Shown: positions 49,451 to 64,000 of the stretch, in pieces
Numbering within the stretch: position 1 is the stretch's first letter
How the letters are laid out: every line of letters begins with the position of its first letter
Source: Podarcis tiliguerta
Lineage: Eukaryota
Length of the DNA stretch: 64,000 nt
NCBI GenBank assembly: GCA_965153285.1
Contig: OZ229111.1
Strand: one strand, 5' to 3'
Notes under the pieces: model-generated
Databases searched by the model: none
Seen by the model: only the letters and a program-made list of their open reading frames with translations
What the model was told of the DNA's origin: nothing
Program-made: the position numbers and the translations under genes

Positions 49451-51343
49451 TTCCTCCTCTTGTTGTTGCTATGGATGCACAACCTGTCTGTCTCCAGGTG
49501 CAGTGGTGGTCTGCAAGGGGTTCCCCCCACGGCGGGGATTGGGGTTGATTTTGCCAGCCTTCATGTTCACACATGAGCAACACTACATAATCAAAGCCTT
49601 TGGGCCTAAAATTAACAGAATTAGTGTGTTTTTGTTGCTGTCTGAATGATAACACATTTAATCAGATGATCTCACTGTGGTGAACCTGGGCAAGGCAGAA
49701 AATATATTATGCTTTGGAGGTTTTGGTGGTCTTTGCAGCAAGCCACCACTTGTTATGCCCAAACAGGGGAAAGGTACCCTTTTGTAGGGTTCACCAGCAC
49801 AGTGCTTGTTTACATGAAACCATGGTTAATTTAAAACTGATTTAACGTGTTGTGGAAATTGGGCCATTGTCTAGTTGGCCTGAGAACCTCTTGTGATTTT
49901 TCAAGCTATTGCAGAAAAAGCTGTCTTTTCTGTTTCCATGGAGACAGCTGGGCGTGAATTGATAAGAGTTCTCTTATCAAACTAGGAATCTGACAGGCTG
50001 CAGTCCAGAACTCCCTTACTATTACTGTAATAGGAGGCTAGATACAGACTTAAGGCCATTGCATAGCAGTCTTGGTTCATGTGTAGCTGCTAAAAATATC
50101 CTTCCTCTCAAGCACAAATGTTCTAGCATAAAAGAAACAGTTGCTTTACTTCCCATCAATTTGGTTAGATTAATTACTGACTTGGCTTTCAGCTCTGTAG
50201 GAATTTTCACTTCACATCTAGTGTCTACAAAGAGAAGTTCTCTTCCTAGATTGATGAAAATGTTTGGCTTCCAGATTTCTGCTGATGCAGTGCATTTTTA
50301 TATAGGGAAGCTTTATTGTGTTTTATATCGCTGTGTGAGAAATGGTATAGAGTATGGCATGTGTGGACACAAGTGTTTGCTATACCATGTAAATATTAAC
50401 AGGAGGTCTGAAATCATTAATAAATTACTGCAATCAGCTAAACTTACCAGATTTAAAATGAGCATATTAAGCGGACTTTAGAGTTGTGCCCTGTGAAGTT
50501 GTGTTTAGTGTTTATGTCTTAATTGTTTACTATCTGTGTTCATTGCTATTCTTATTATGTGGCTGTTCAATAAAAAGGCCCTCTTTAAATTTTCATAGAA
50601 ATATACAGTATTGTGTTTCTTATTCCATAGAAGCAAATTAGCTAATAAACAAAGCATCTTAATTGGATGTCACTATCCCTTCAGCTGGAGTACATTGATT
50701 TGGGAAGAGCTTGTCACATGTATAGAGACAAGGTTGAACTACTCTGGCTTCATGGGGGTGAGATGAGGGCCACAAATGTGTTTGGAGTTCAGCTTCATCT
50801 TCGAAAACGCCCATGTTCCGTTTTGGATGATACAGACGCCCAATGAAAAGCAGAAGTGTGAGCTGCTTTAAGACTTGAAAGAGCTCTTAAGACAATCTTA
50901 ATAGGAGAAGGGGATCAAATACAAAGCTGATTGAAGGGTAAATTTTAAAAGAAACCAGTTATAGGATTTCAGATTTGAAGTACACAGTACAATTCAACAA
51001 TGGCTGTAATAGGCTATAAAATAGCTTTATGTAGATCATGTGATGGATTTTTAAAGGTAATAGAGCTTAGCATTGGATGTAGCTGACATACCAGTGCCTG
51101 GTCCTCCTAGGAGACAAAATACATGCTCTCTATAACACAATTAATTCCATATTTCATAGCGAGTATCAGAATATGGCTTGACTTTGAAATGTCTACAGAA
51201 TGTAGTTTGACTTGGTATAATTTACTTTTCAGCTACTGGAGTAGGGTAAGAGTGCTTTGAAACTATCTGGCTTTTCATAAAGTAGGCTTAAATTAGAGCA
51301 TCAACATCATGCTATCCTGAAATGTAATTTTGTGTTTCTTTAA

Positions 51344-51457
<114 letters not shown>

Positions 51458-54400
51458 TAAGTAAAGTACCATGACTTCTGTGTGTGACATTATGCTTAGA
51501 GCCAAATTCTGGCTAAGTTCACTTGCAGTTCTGGTAGTTGTCAATGCAGGAAGGATATCTCCGGAAAACTTTTTCATTCCCATGAGAGCCATCAATCCTC
51601 TGACCATATTTTGGATGGCAGGGATGCCATCAATGCAGGGGTTGTAGTGGCAGTTGTTGACATTGGCAGCAACAAAGTGGATCATGTGAACTGCATTCCC
51701 ACTCAGTACACTCACTGTGAGTCTTGCAAAATCAACAGTAAAGCCCAGGTTGTTGGCTTTTGTTGCAGTTTGAACTAGACAGGCTTCACCCAACATAACA
51801 TTTGATTCTGCTGTAGTAATGGGCAGGCTTTAACTGTTCAAAAGGAAACCTTTGCGAATGGTACACACTTCATTAGTGTAAAATTATTTCCTGCCTGTTT
51901 TCCCCTTCACCAAAAAGACTCTTTTTCTTGGTGAACTTACTAAAAATCTTTGTATATTCTATACTAGATGTGTGGTCCTTACTAGTCAGTATTTCCTGTA
52001 AAATATTACCGCTGACAGCTTATTAAATGTTTAGTTCTTTCTTTGCATTGATATCAGGCAATCGTTCACTATATTAAGTACTACATGGTCTCAATACTGA
52101 GGATATATAATGAAGACAAGTTCCTGTTCACTAAGCTGTGTATACACATTCTGTTGCCAGCAGCACAAGGCCTGTGCCGAGAAACTTACACAGTATTCTT
52201 TGTAAAATCTCAGCCCTGAAACCCTTTCACTAAACAATAGTTCCAACTGAAATCTAATTTTGAAACCCACCTTTGCCATTCATTCTCAGGTTTTGCTGCT
52301 TATAGTTTTCCAGTTTTGCTCCATCTCAACAAATACTTCTAATTCTTCTAGTCATCCTTTCCATGCAGACCTTTCCACTCATTTCTACTTTCTCACTTAC
52401 TGTCTTCTTGAAGAGAGATAACATAAGCAAAAACCTGTCCTAAAGAGCTTACAATCTAAACAGGGGCAAGGTTAATAGGAGAGGACTTTGTGCAAATCTA
52501 GTCATAGTTACTTAGGCTTAATTTCAATACAGGGTCATTCTAAGGCTGCCAGCCAATTAAAGAATTTTACTCTATTAATCATCACTGTTTCAAGCAGTTA
52601 ATTGGTTGGATTTGAACTTTTTTATGTTTTCCAAAACTTCAGTACAGGTGTCCCTTTGAGACACTGAATGAAATTTCACAAATGTAGGAAGCAAAGAACC
52701 AAGAATAAACCTTGGCTACCACTTGTAGTTGGTGAGCAGAGAGCTTAACCATGAGCCCCAGTTTGGACAACATGTTTCACCAAACCTTGGCTTAGCTTAG
52801 CATTGGGCATCAATAAAAAGAACTGGAAAAGAGTGAAGCGACTGCAAGCTCCTCTCTAGGAATTCACATGGTCACATACTTTTGCTAACTAACAAGACTT
52901 TAGGGTCATATTCTAAGGCCCTTTTCACTGCTGGTGCTCCAGTTGTAGAATGCCTTTTCTGTAAAGGCTCACTGGGCACCTTTTTGGTATTCCTATTGGC
53001 ACTAGGTGAAGACCTTATTTGCCCTTGCTTTTCATCTTAAAATATTTGAGTTGTGGTTTTTTTAAAAAACTTTTTTAACGTCATTCATTTTATCTTGGGA
53101 CTCAGCTACACAGCTACAAATAAAACGTTTTCAATATGTTGTAAAGTGCATTATACAAATGTGTCACTAGATAGCGACAGTTTAAAAAACCAATTTCACT
53201 GCATTTTTTATATGTGTGTAGATTCCACCTTGGTGTTAAGCTGTTGCTGGATTTATTCTGTTTTGGAAGTTGTGTTTTCCCCTCTTATGGTTATCTATAA
53301 CAATTGCCTCTTGATATTTTTAAGGACTACAGATCCCCAACACCTTACCTCAGGATAGCTCTGGTTATCAGGAGGAATGGCCTTTAGGCATTACAAGTTG
53401 ACAAAGAGAGTTGCCCTGTTAAAAGAAGTTGAACACATTACACAATCAGTGCAAGTTACTTTGCCCATTAGTAAACAGCAATGTTTGGTTTTGAATTGGT
53501 TGACTGCTGTAATAAGGAAGCATGCTTCAATTAAATTCTATTGATACGTTTCACATGTGAATGTGAAACAAATTGAGCTCTCAATAACATGGCTCCATGG
53601 TGACTGGCCGCAAACGTTTTCAGAGGCCAAAATTGTGGTTGCTGAGTTTCTGAGGCAGAAACCTAGGGCAACGTGTACATACATGGAAAGGGAGAAATGA
53701 AACCTTCCTAAGACACTGGCCATGACCCGCAGACCTGCAAGCGCACCTCGGTTTTTGTTTTTTTTGTAGAAGTTGCTAACAGTTTGGGATGTAGTTTTCT
53801 GACCAAACCCGGCAATGCAGGCAGTCTAGAATGCTTGCAGAGATCTGCACATAATGTAAACTTACAGATCGTGCTTCTTTTGTCTGAATCACTACTATGC
53901 TTACAGAAAAGTTCTGTCTAGTTCTGGAAGAATAAGCCATATAATGCAGGCCCAATATAAAACCAAAGTCAGTTTTGTGGCAATTCCAATACTATATCTG
54001 ACATGTGAAAGTGGAATCAGAAGATGAACAGATGCAGCTCTCATGACATAATCAATCCACCAACCTTGTGTGTTTCCCATTGCTTCCGGCAAGAGCCAGA
54101 TTTTTCTAACTACTAAGAAGCATCAGTGACAAGTGTTTAAGTTATTGACAGATCTAGCAATGGAAAGCACAGAGAGGCATTAATGCAACATTTGTGAAGT
54201 GCTTTCTAGTGTTTGAGTCACTTAACGTGCACTATCTAGTAATCCTTTACAATTCTGTAAAGTCAGTATTATCCCCCATATTGCATTTGGGGGACAGAGG
54301 ACTGAGGCTGAGAAAGAGGCTTGCCTAAATCCAAGTAATGACTTCATGATGGAGGCAAACATTTCTGATTTCAAACTTCCTTACTTGTAGCAGAGTCTCC

Positions 54401-55109
54401 TTTAGCCACTATACCATATTGTCTCTAAGTATTTGAGATGGGTTTGTGTGATCTACCTTCCAAAATGGTTTTCAATGTGAATAGCCCTAAAGGCGCTTGT
54501 AAACTTAAACCGTGTTCCCCCAAATGCCATTAATCATGGGGCTTAGATTCAGTATACGCTAAACAAAGCTTTCCTAGGTAGCAACTATAGCTGGCACCCA
54601 TAAAGCGGAGTTGCAAAATGATGCAAAATCCTATCTGCCCTAATAGTCACTATTCTGGCTTTGCTAAAAGTAGAATGTTTGTGGTTTATTTTAAGGGGAA
54701 TGCTTGCTGTCGGGAATCTGAAGTAAAGAAATTAAATCACTACAAATAATTTTAAAGGATGGGAGAAGTTCCTTAAGAATCTATAACTTGTTAATCCTGA
54801 ATCTCATTGTTTCAGCCAAATTCTCTTGCCTCTTCCTATAATGCAGTGGTTAAAAGCCTTGGAAATGGCAAAAATTGCTAAATCAAGAGACGTTGAGGAA
54901 ATTGACTTTTTTAAAAAATGAAGTGGTATCTATTACTTACTGGAACTTGATGTATTTATGTAATCCCCAGTTTTATATCACTCCAATCTTTTAAATTACT
55001 TTTTAAAAACATTATTTAAGTGCAGCCTCGTGGAACAGTTCAATTGATTATACCTGTCAGATTACTTCCCAGCTATGAACATATCCAAACTTGCCTTTTT
55101 GGAGTTTGA

Positions 55110-55265
<156 letters not shown>

Positions 55266-57045
55266 TAAGTGTTGCATTATAGTTGGTTGATAAACACTTT
55301 CTGCACTTAAACTGCAGGTGAAATAAGCCTATTTGAATTATTCTTACTTCTGCCATAAAATCTAGTCCTTGTTTCCCTGACTACAAAACTTGGAAATGTT
55401 GGTGCAGTAACTTGACTATGGTTTTTAAAAAAGTGGGCTACCACTTGTCTGCAAGTGATATATGGGGACGCTTATTGGTTGTCCTGCTTTCTCGTCTCTC
55501 CCTCCACCCCTGCCCATCTTGCTTTTTAGTGCTTTCCTTCTCAAATCTCAGGCATTTTGCAATTAGGGCTGGTAAAGTTGTAAAATGCTTTTCAAATATA
55601 TAGAATCCTTCATAATACCCTAGGGAAATCACTGTTAACTCCAGGATTCTACACTTTTTAAGGATCTTTGTGTTCATTGATTTATCACCCGAATCTCTCA
55701 TCTCTGAAGGTATCCTTCAGCAACTTACATGTTTCCAAATAAGGTGCTGTTGCCACATTGGCGCTAATCGCCTTTTGTAAATAGGTTCTGTTGTTTCCTT
55801 TAAATCAAATAAAAAAAATTATTAAACTCTAGCTACATGAATTGATACTGTACAAATAGAAAACCACATGTACCTTGCTGAGTCCTTCTGCATAGCTTTG
55901 CCCTTCCAAATGCTACCATGCAGTCTCCCAGATAGTCTCATATTGTAAGGGGGAGGCTTTCTTGACTATTCAAGTATGTAGAAGTTTGGTGTTTTTGTTC
56001 TTGACTCTGTGAATAGTCCTCAAGTGTTTCTTTCAGTCTTCTTCTCCTACATTGTAATAGATCAGCTTTGGTACAAATGAAAACCTGTTGGGAATAATCA
56101 AACCAAGATATTAATAGAATGTTCATTCTAATAGTTTATTACACCTTTACTATACAACCAGCATATGTATTTATTAGCAGTGGTAATCAGTGACACATGC
56201 TGACTTCTCATAGCACAGTACTGCCACCTATCGTTCAAGAGTCACTGAAATCCATATTTGCCTAGAACCAACAATAGGTCCTGTTAGCTTAGAGAGAGAG
56301 AAAATACTCAGTACTGTACCTGCCTCGCTGGCATGAATTAACATTGTGCCTCACTTCATGTCAAAGGAAAATGACTAACTCACCTCATTATCTGAAGCCT
56401 CAGATGTCATTCCCATTGACTATTAGGGTGAAAGCAACAAACGCCTATAACCTGTAGTTATTATTGAGCAGAATTATTTGCAGGCATAGTGGCCACTTCT
56501 GAGGGCGATAAAGCCTGCCAAATTTCAGGCATAGCTGCAAGGCTTTCTATGTGAAATGCCTTTAAAGTGTGAAAGAAAAAAGTGCAAACTTTATTATGTT
56601 TATTAGTGCAAAGTTTATTATGTTCTTTTGGTATCCTATATCAAAAGGATATAGATTGGAAATAAGTGGAAAGTCCTGGTAAAGCCATTCCTTGCTTGAA
56701 GCTAGATCTGTCACTTACAGGCACCTTTCCTCTTCTGCCTCCTCTCCTATACTCTGCCTGGAGTTTACCATTTATGGAAGGCTTAAGCGAGGTTATTAAG
56801 AACCCTCCCAAGATTCCAGAGCCTTGGAGCTAGCCTCCTTCACCTTGGACCACCTCTGATCCAGTCTGTCTTGGGATTCTGAAGCAGTCCAAACATCTCC
56901 AAGGAACTGAGTCCTTTCCTTGGACTCATGTCTTGTCTGAGACTAACGCTCGACTGTTAGCCTGTGTACGTGCAAATGTTTGCTTCACCAACAGCAGACA
57001 ATAGTACCTGTCATGCATTGGCATACACATTAGAAGAATAAATAA

Positions 57046-57333
<288 letters not shown>

Positions 57334-58129
57334 TAGGGGATTTTACAGTTTGGAGTATAAGCACAATTCTAATACCTGCTATATATTTGGGAGCATTCTT
57401 TGTCCACTGTGTATTTAGCCACCTCTGAAGATATTGTAAGCAAATTTTGCACGATGGTTCCTGAGATCAAGGAGCAAGTTTTCACCTCCTTTGGGATACA
57501 AATGGGCACCATTCTGAATCAAGAGGGCGGACTCCACTTTTCAAAACTGCGCTGATACTTTGGTTTATTAGAATTCCTGAGCAAGGCCGCGTATGAGGCT
57601 GCCGGCTTATAATATTTGTTACTACAGTGCCTTTCTTTCATGGCGAAGGATACCACACGGGGGTTGCAGTTCACATTGGCTACTCCTGCAGGAGTCTCAT
57701 CTCAAGCTTGTCAGTACATGGGTAACACCACTAGCCAGACCCTCTGCCAATGAAGGTTCATGGTTAGTCCATTAAGCCTAACTAGTGAAAGGCCCTGCAT
57801 GCCACAGACTTTTCTTGGTCCTCCAGTGACAATGCAGATTTGGCAACACCTGCCAGACTTTTTACCTGATTCTTTAGTGAGTAATGTACCCTTTCAATGC
57901 AGGTTCATTGGTAGGCAAAAAACAGGACTCAAGAAAAACAAAACCAGTTTTTGCATTAACGCAAGTGTATATGAATTTTATATGGTGTACTCTATTTTTA
58001 AAAATCAGTAGAAGCCAAATTGGTAGCTTTACCCTAGGGGTGAGCAACTGCATCTAGGCAGGACTGGATCCAGAACTGGCTCACCTTTAGCAGAAAATGA
58101 AAATTGGAAATGTGTAGAGCAATTAATAA

Positions 58130-58342
<213 letters not shown>

Positions 58343-60370
58343 AGCAAATTATTAAAGATTATTTAAGGAAACAGGAGAAACAGTACACATTCAGAATCTA
58401 AGTGCAGCCAGTGATCTCCAGTCATCAGGCCATAAATCTGAGTCACCTCTCTGCCGGAGAGGGAACACTTTATTCCCCCCACTCAGTATGGAACTTTGTG
58501 GGGAGGGGACAGGAGAAGGGTCCAACTTGTGCGCCAAAACTTACCTTTTAAATTAAATAGATATTAACAGATTTCTTCGGTTACTTCCGGGTGGCCCCTT
58601 TCGTTCGCTTGTCCTTTCTCCCCCAACGCTGACACACCAGTTCATCAGTGCATGAAGTTTTAATGCTATATGAAGTCCATGCCATGCCACTCAAGGAAGA
58701 TAAGAGGGAGAAGCTCTGCTGGTGTTTGCTACTTATGCAAACGGCCTTCATGAAGGGACCGAGAAAGGAACCAAATCCACTACCCAGTTTAAAAGCAAAA
58801 CACACACATGCCATATGCCAACTTTACTTTTGCCTTCAGTATTTTGCCTGGGTAAGATAGGGTCTTAATTCCTCCTACCTGCCTTCCCATCTGAAAACTC
58901 AGCTGCTTCAGAGCAAAGGGAAGAAGGCGGGGCTTTTACCACCCCAGGTTGCAGGCTGTCGTGACAAATTCTCTGCTACAGCTAGATCATGCTCTCATCA
59001 ACCATGACGGCTTTTAAAATTTGTTTAAGTGTGTGGTTGAGCACATTCTTCTATTTTTCCATTAGTGCCTTTCCCTCATTTCCTTATTCTTTTTTAAGTT
59101 AAAAGGACAGTCCAGAGCTTTCAGATTTCCCCCCTGCTTTTATGTAAATATTTAAGGGGTTGAATGGGAGGGATGTAGCTTTATTATTAAATACGAAGCC
59201 TTCCATAAACCAGATGGAGCTTTAAAATGTGTATAAGCACCTGATATTCTTTATTACCAGGTGGGAAAAGACATAAAAGTGTTCTACAAGAGGCAGGGCT
59301 AGGACCTGCAGCCAGGGGCCCTTGAGAGAAAAGAGAGATTGCACCATTATGAAGAATGTGGCATGTTGTATGACGCTGCCATGTGGTGGAGACTGAATAT
59401 TCTGGGGTGTCCTGTGAAACTCTCATTTCCAAAAAAAAAAAAATATTACAGGGAGGCATCATGAAATTGTGCTTAATTACACATTGGGTGCTTTCCAAGT
59501 ATATAATTAAAGATGATGCTTAGTGATAAGCAGTTCAGTTCCCCTTTATAAACACACATACTATATATATATATATGAGAGAGACTGGGTCTCGGTTAGT
59601 CTTTGACTTGTTCTCGAAAAGAGGAATCTGGTATCTTTATGCTTCAGATTTTCCCTGTCTCCACATGCCAGTGTTACATAGTTGGAGGAGTTGTGTTTCT
59701 TCCAACTTACAGCAGGCTGTTGGGGGTTGTATTTCAATCTTGCGTCCCCAGATAAGATTCACTAAAGCCATTCATAGCTTTATGAATGGACTTGGAGAGG
59801 GAAGAGCAACCTGCAGAGCTCTTTGTGCCAATACACACCTTATTTCCTTTTGCTGAGCCACATGGCTGAAACTTTCATCCCAACAACAGATCCCAAAGCT
59901 ACCACAGATATCTTCTTTTCCGCCCAAATGGGGAAAATTCCTGTGTTGGCAGGTGCCTTTTTATACTAAGTGTTACAAGTGTGTTATTCCTGAGATGGAC
60001 TCTGCCTTACACTTCCATTTCTCCCAGCAGATGAAAGAAAAAGCTACCCTGTAGCGTATTGATTTCTCACCCATTCCTTGCTAGCTGACTTTTTCTTTCC
60101 CTCTCCCCCATACTTTCTTCTTTCTAAAATGATTGGAAAAGGAATCTATGGCATTCTACACTTGGACCATTTGATTGTTTTCTTATTTTGGAATCGGTGT
60201 ATATCATGCAGCCTTGCAGACATAATGTCTTGTGTGTATATATATATTAAAAAAAAAAAATCAGTGTTTAAATAAAAAAAGGCCTATGTACTTAATCCTT
60301 TAACTCAGCAGCAGCATTTGGTAGTTAGTAATTAACTGTGAATAATAAATATACAACAAATTCTTCACTT
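58343..60370 (+). other. GRB2: GRB2 3' UTR (end approximate)
   Basis: Follows the stop codon; no recognisable TE; ends at tandem poly(A) signals followed by a U/GU-rich tract. Confidence 0.7.
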
Positions 60371-60395
60371 GAATATCAGTGTCTTTTCTGTTCAT
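60271..60395 (+). terminator. GRB2: Tandem polyadenylation signals of GRB2
   Basis: AATAAA at 60271-60276 and 60344-60349; downstream GTGTCTTTTCTGTT element at ~60379-60392. Confidence 0.75.
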
Positions 60396-61433
60396 TTAAT
60401 GAACCATCAGCTAGTTTAGGGCTGTAGTTCTCCTAACCATCTCTACTCCTGCAGGTAAGTGGGGTTAGGATTGCACCCTGAAAAAGTGATCCACGGAAGG
60501 TTCTGCATCTTCAGATGATTTGCTACCCACCCAAAATCTCACCTGTTCAGCATAGATTTCTGTTACACTAGAAGTCAAACGTTGGTGACAGCTAAAAGCT
60601 CAATATCCGCCACAATCGAAACATAAAAAATAACACAATACTTCCCTTGAACCATACAGTACGGACCTTAAATCTCACATCACTTACTGAAGAAACAGTC
60701 ACGTGTAACACTTTCAAACTGTATCCTGGGCTGATATGTCATAATGGGTGGGAAGGTATTAAAGAGGTTGAGGTGAGATTCTTCAGACTGAGATAGGGCA
60801 CGGGGAAAGGAGAAGGATGCTGTATCCTAGACATGCAAGCTGCAGAGCCTATGTGTATTCTGTTTATAATGGTTTCAGCTGGTGGACACCACAAACCCTC
60901 CCACTCCAAATGTGCCCGCACACTTTCTGACTCACCATCTGGTGCAATTTTTTTAATGCTATATTCAGCCAAATATTTTAACATTTAATGTTTAGTTCAA
61001 TATTTACTATAGAAAATCTGCCAGAGAAACCCTGACAGCCAAGACTGCCCCTGGACTGGGCCAAGCTGAAAGAACTCAGAATTTGACAGTGCGCCATTTG
61101 AAACTTCCTATAGGCTAAAAGCAAACCAGATCATCTACATATTCACGTGAACTTCTGACTCGTAACATTGGTAACAAAATAATACATAAACCGCTTATCT
61201 CCTAAGGCCATGGTTTTTGGACTCGTGTTGGTGCTTAGGCACTTGGTACTGCAGTCTTCTTGCTCTCATTTGGAACAGTTGCTCTGTCAAAGGCTGATTC
61301 TGGAATTCCGTTAGTATTTGCATAACTTGGGTGCATAAGCTGGGAGGGCTGCTTTTGGAAAGAGGGCATTTGGCAGTTCTGCTGTCTGCATGGAGTTGAT
61401 CCATTTTATCAGAACCGAGACCATCCTGCCTAA

Positions 61434-61635
61434 GGGCTGGTCCACACTTCTGCTTGTCTGAGCGGTTTTCTGCTTGTCCTGTACTTTCTAGGCATGGGGT
61501 TGAGCGTTTTTCTATTTCCCCTGGAAAAACCCGCTCTTGGTGCTGAATTGGAGCAAATGTCAATCCATGGAAAACCTTAAAAGATTGGGTTTTCCCAGGG
61601 AAACGCAGCCAGACAAGCAGAAGTCTGGATGTGCC
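61434..61635. mobile_element. PIF/Harbinger-like MITE
   Basis: TIRs GGCTGGTCCACACTTCTGCTTGTCTG ... CAGACAAGCAGAAGTCTGGATGTGCC, preceded by TAA; internal inverted repeat CCCTGGAAAAACCC/GGGTTTTCCCAGGG. Confidence 0.7.
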
Positions 61636-64000
61636 ACAAAGAGCCATGTTGGAGGAGAAAGTGGCTAGGCTTGTACAATGTCGGTATTGCCTGCTTGTAG
61701 GTCTTCAAAGTACGACACAATATTATGTTCTATCTATCCCACTGCCTGGGGGTTGCTTTCCCCCTGTAAATTGGGTTAAAAGTTCTTTGGCAGGATGGTA
61801 CGGGTCTTAATCATTTTTGCACTTTTTTTTTTTGGAGACTTTTCACACATTTTGCTGATGGTAAAAAAAATCCTGATAGCAGTGTATGAGTTACAGCCTG
61901 GACTACTTAAGCTGGTGTTGCAAAACTGAATTTGGATTGTTTATTTTTAGAAGTATTCTGATTTAGGGTGCAAGCTTAACCCCACTTACCTGAGCGTAGG
62001 TGCCATTGAATTCAACAAGATCTAGTTCTGAGTAGATACAATTCGTATTGTACTTCAGTCTTTAAAAAACCCCAAAAACTTCAGGAAATTTTGCAGGGGA
62101 CATTTGACCCAAAGCCAGCAGAGCTACTGACCACCTAAGTTCACTAAGGTGGAAGAAGAAGATCTCAGATGAAGAGAGAAAAATAGTCTGACCACATTTT
62201 TCCTGTCTCTTCCCCCCGCCCCCGCCTATTACTGATGTAATCTTTGCCTCTGTTCCGTTCGTAAATGGTGCTCAATTTTGCATTCAAAACTCCTTTTTGA
62301 GGCAAATACAATTTCTCTAGATGTCACATTCTATCCAAGCTTTTATTTAAGAAAGAAAATCTGCATACTTGCCTGCTGTGCTGATTGCTGGCAAACCATC
62401 AGCCATCAGAAGACATATGGCTCAAATTTTAAATCTTGGCTGTCGGTTAGCCTCCGCTTCAAAAGCTCTAAATTTAGCCAATGAGTAACCACAGCAACAA
62501 ACTTGCTATATATCCTTATCCAGTATTAAAACACACAGGTTCCCTCACAGTGCTAACCTTTCTTGCGTGGGCTATGCAATTAAAATGCAATTTGATGCCT
62601 GTTTAGATACTGTGTTTACGAAATAATCTTTGGGAATAAGACCTTCTTCATTTCGCAGTTCAGAATTGCTGACACTCCATTTTAGTTCCTTTTTATACTT
62701 TCCCATATGCAGTCTCCCCACCCACATCATTTACTGTATCTGGGGACATGTCTATCTAACGAGCTCTGGGAAAATATGACATTGGCATATAGAAAACTGA
62801 CATAACTAGGAGGTAAAAAATCCTGCTGCTGTTCAGCAGGGACCTAAACTAACTACTGCATCACGAATTTTTAAACACAAAGTTGTTGTTTTTCACAATG
62901 CACAAGCCACTGAAAATGGGAGAGGATGTACATTAGAGCAGAGATGGGGGATTTTGTCCTCATGCCGCTATCACCACTGGCCATGCTGGTTGGGGTTGAG
63001 GATTAGGGGAAAGGACTACGATACCACTCGGCATAACTACTGAACAAATTAAAACCTTTGCATTTTATCTTTTTGTCTCCATTTAGAGAAGGGATTGGTA
63101 CTTTCAAATTGCTGTCCTTGATTGATATTTGCCTCTAAAGGAGCAACCACTGCATAAACAAAATTGTAAACCAACTTCATATGTAGCATAAATATTTCAC
63201 CAAATTACAGATTAATAGGGATGCTAAGTAATTTTGTTTGTGTGTGTGTGTGCTGCAAGTGACACTTATAAAACAGGCAAACATTTGCAGTTAAAATGCA
63301 TGAAATATGTGGCTGCCTAAGGTCCAAAATTCATTTGACAATAAATTGATGGGTCACCGTACTGGGTAATTTTGGATATGTTGATTGCCATCCTAAAAAG
63401 ATTAGGGACTCAGCTATATTTGTCACAATAATACGTTTTGAATGTGTTATAATACCAGATAGCACCAGAGAGCAAAAATTAGTTTATATGGATTTTTACG
63501 TAGGATTTTTTTTCTTTTTCTTTTATTGTAACAATTTAATTTCTGACCTACAGCAATTTTAACTTGTGTCTGGATCCACTCTAGAAATCTTTCACATGAA
63601 CTTGCCTATTAAGGTCTTTGAAAGCCCTTCTCTAGCTGCTCCTGCCTTCTAAGGTTAGGTGGGTGGCTAAAAAAGATGCCGCAGTCTCAGTGGTGGCACC
63701 TGAGTTGTGGAACTTCTGAGGCATGGGACACACCACACCTTACCTTTAAAGCACTCTTTCTGTGTGACACAAGGGTGGCCACACTAGAGAATGGATGATG
63801 CATCAGCTCATGGATGGATAACTTGTGGCCCTTCTAAAGCTGTTGGGACCTCAGCTGCCCTCATCTCTGCTCACTGGCTGTGCAGGCTGGAGCTAAACAT
63901 ACAGATGACCACAGGAGTCCTACTTCCGTATAAGGCTGTGTGTGTAGACACTGGCGGAGGAACGAGATGGAGTGGGGGAACGCACCGTCCCCAGCACCAT

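Noticed and set aside
61195-61647. 150-aa minus-strand ORF
   Set aside because: Roughly half is a palindromic MITE; no domain or exon signals.
60400-64000. Start of a downstream gene (SLC25A19 expected by synteny)
   Set aside because: No coding exon or CpG island recognised within the window.

Overview
Vertebrate genomic DNA. The repeat complement (Sauria SINEs, BovB, CR1, L2, a tRNA-Lys/CR1 SINE, hAT, Tigger and Harbinger MITEs) points to a squamate, most likely a lacertid lizard. The window holds one complete protein-coding gene, GRB2 (+ strand). It has a CpG-island promoter and non-coding exon 1 (~13460-13661), five coding exons (19448-19525, 51359-51456, 55142-55264, 57078-57246, 58157-58342; 654 nt, 217 aa, SH3-SH2-SH3) and a ~2 kb 3' UTR ending near 60370. 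A second CpG-rich promoter with a minus-strand splice donor at ~2.85-3.3 kb probably begins a divergent neighbour (TMEM94 by mammalian synteny; inference only). The rest is intronic or intergenic DNA with many transposons, several nested and with readable target-site duplications (TSDs). Nearly all ORFs in the supplied track are spurious or TE-derived. I found no wholly new multi-gene system. The best leads are: an in-frame upstream AUG giving a 45-aa N-terminally extended GRB2; a G200D change in the C-terminal SH3; a candidate stop-containing cassette exon in intron 2; a solo LTR with intact promoter, splice donor and poly(A) signal facing the neighbouring gene; a triple-AUG uORF in that neighbour's first exon; and a closely spaced inverted SINE pair. 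Comparisons with human/chicken GRB2 and TE family names are from memory and need database confirmation.
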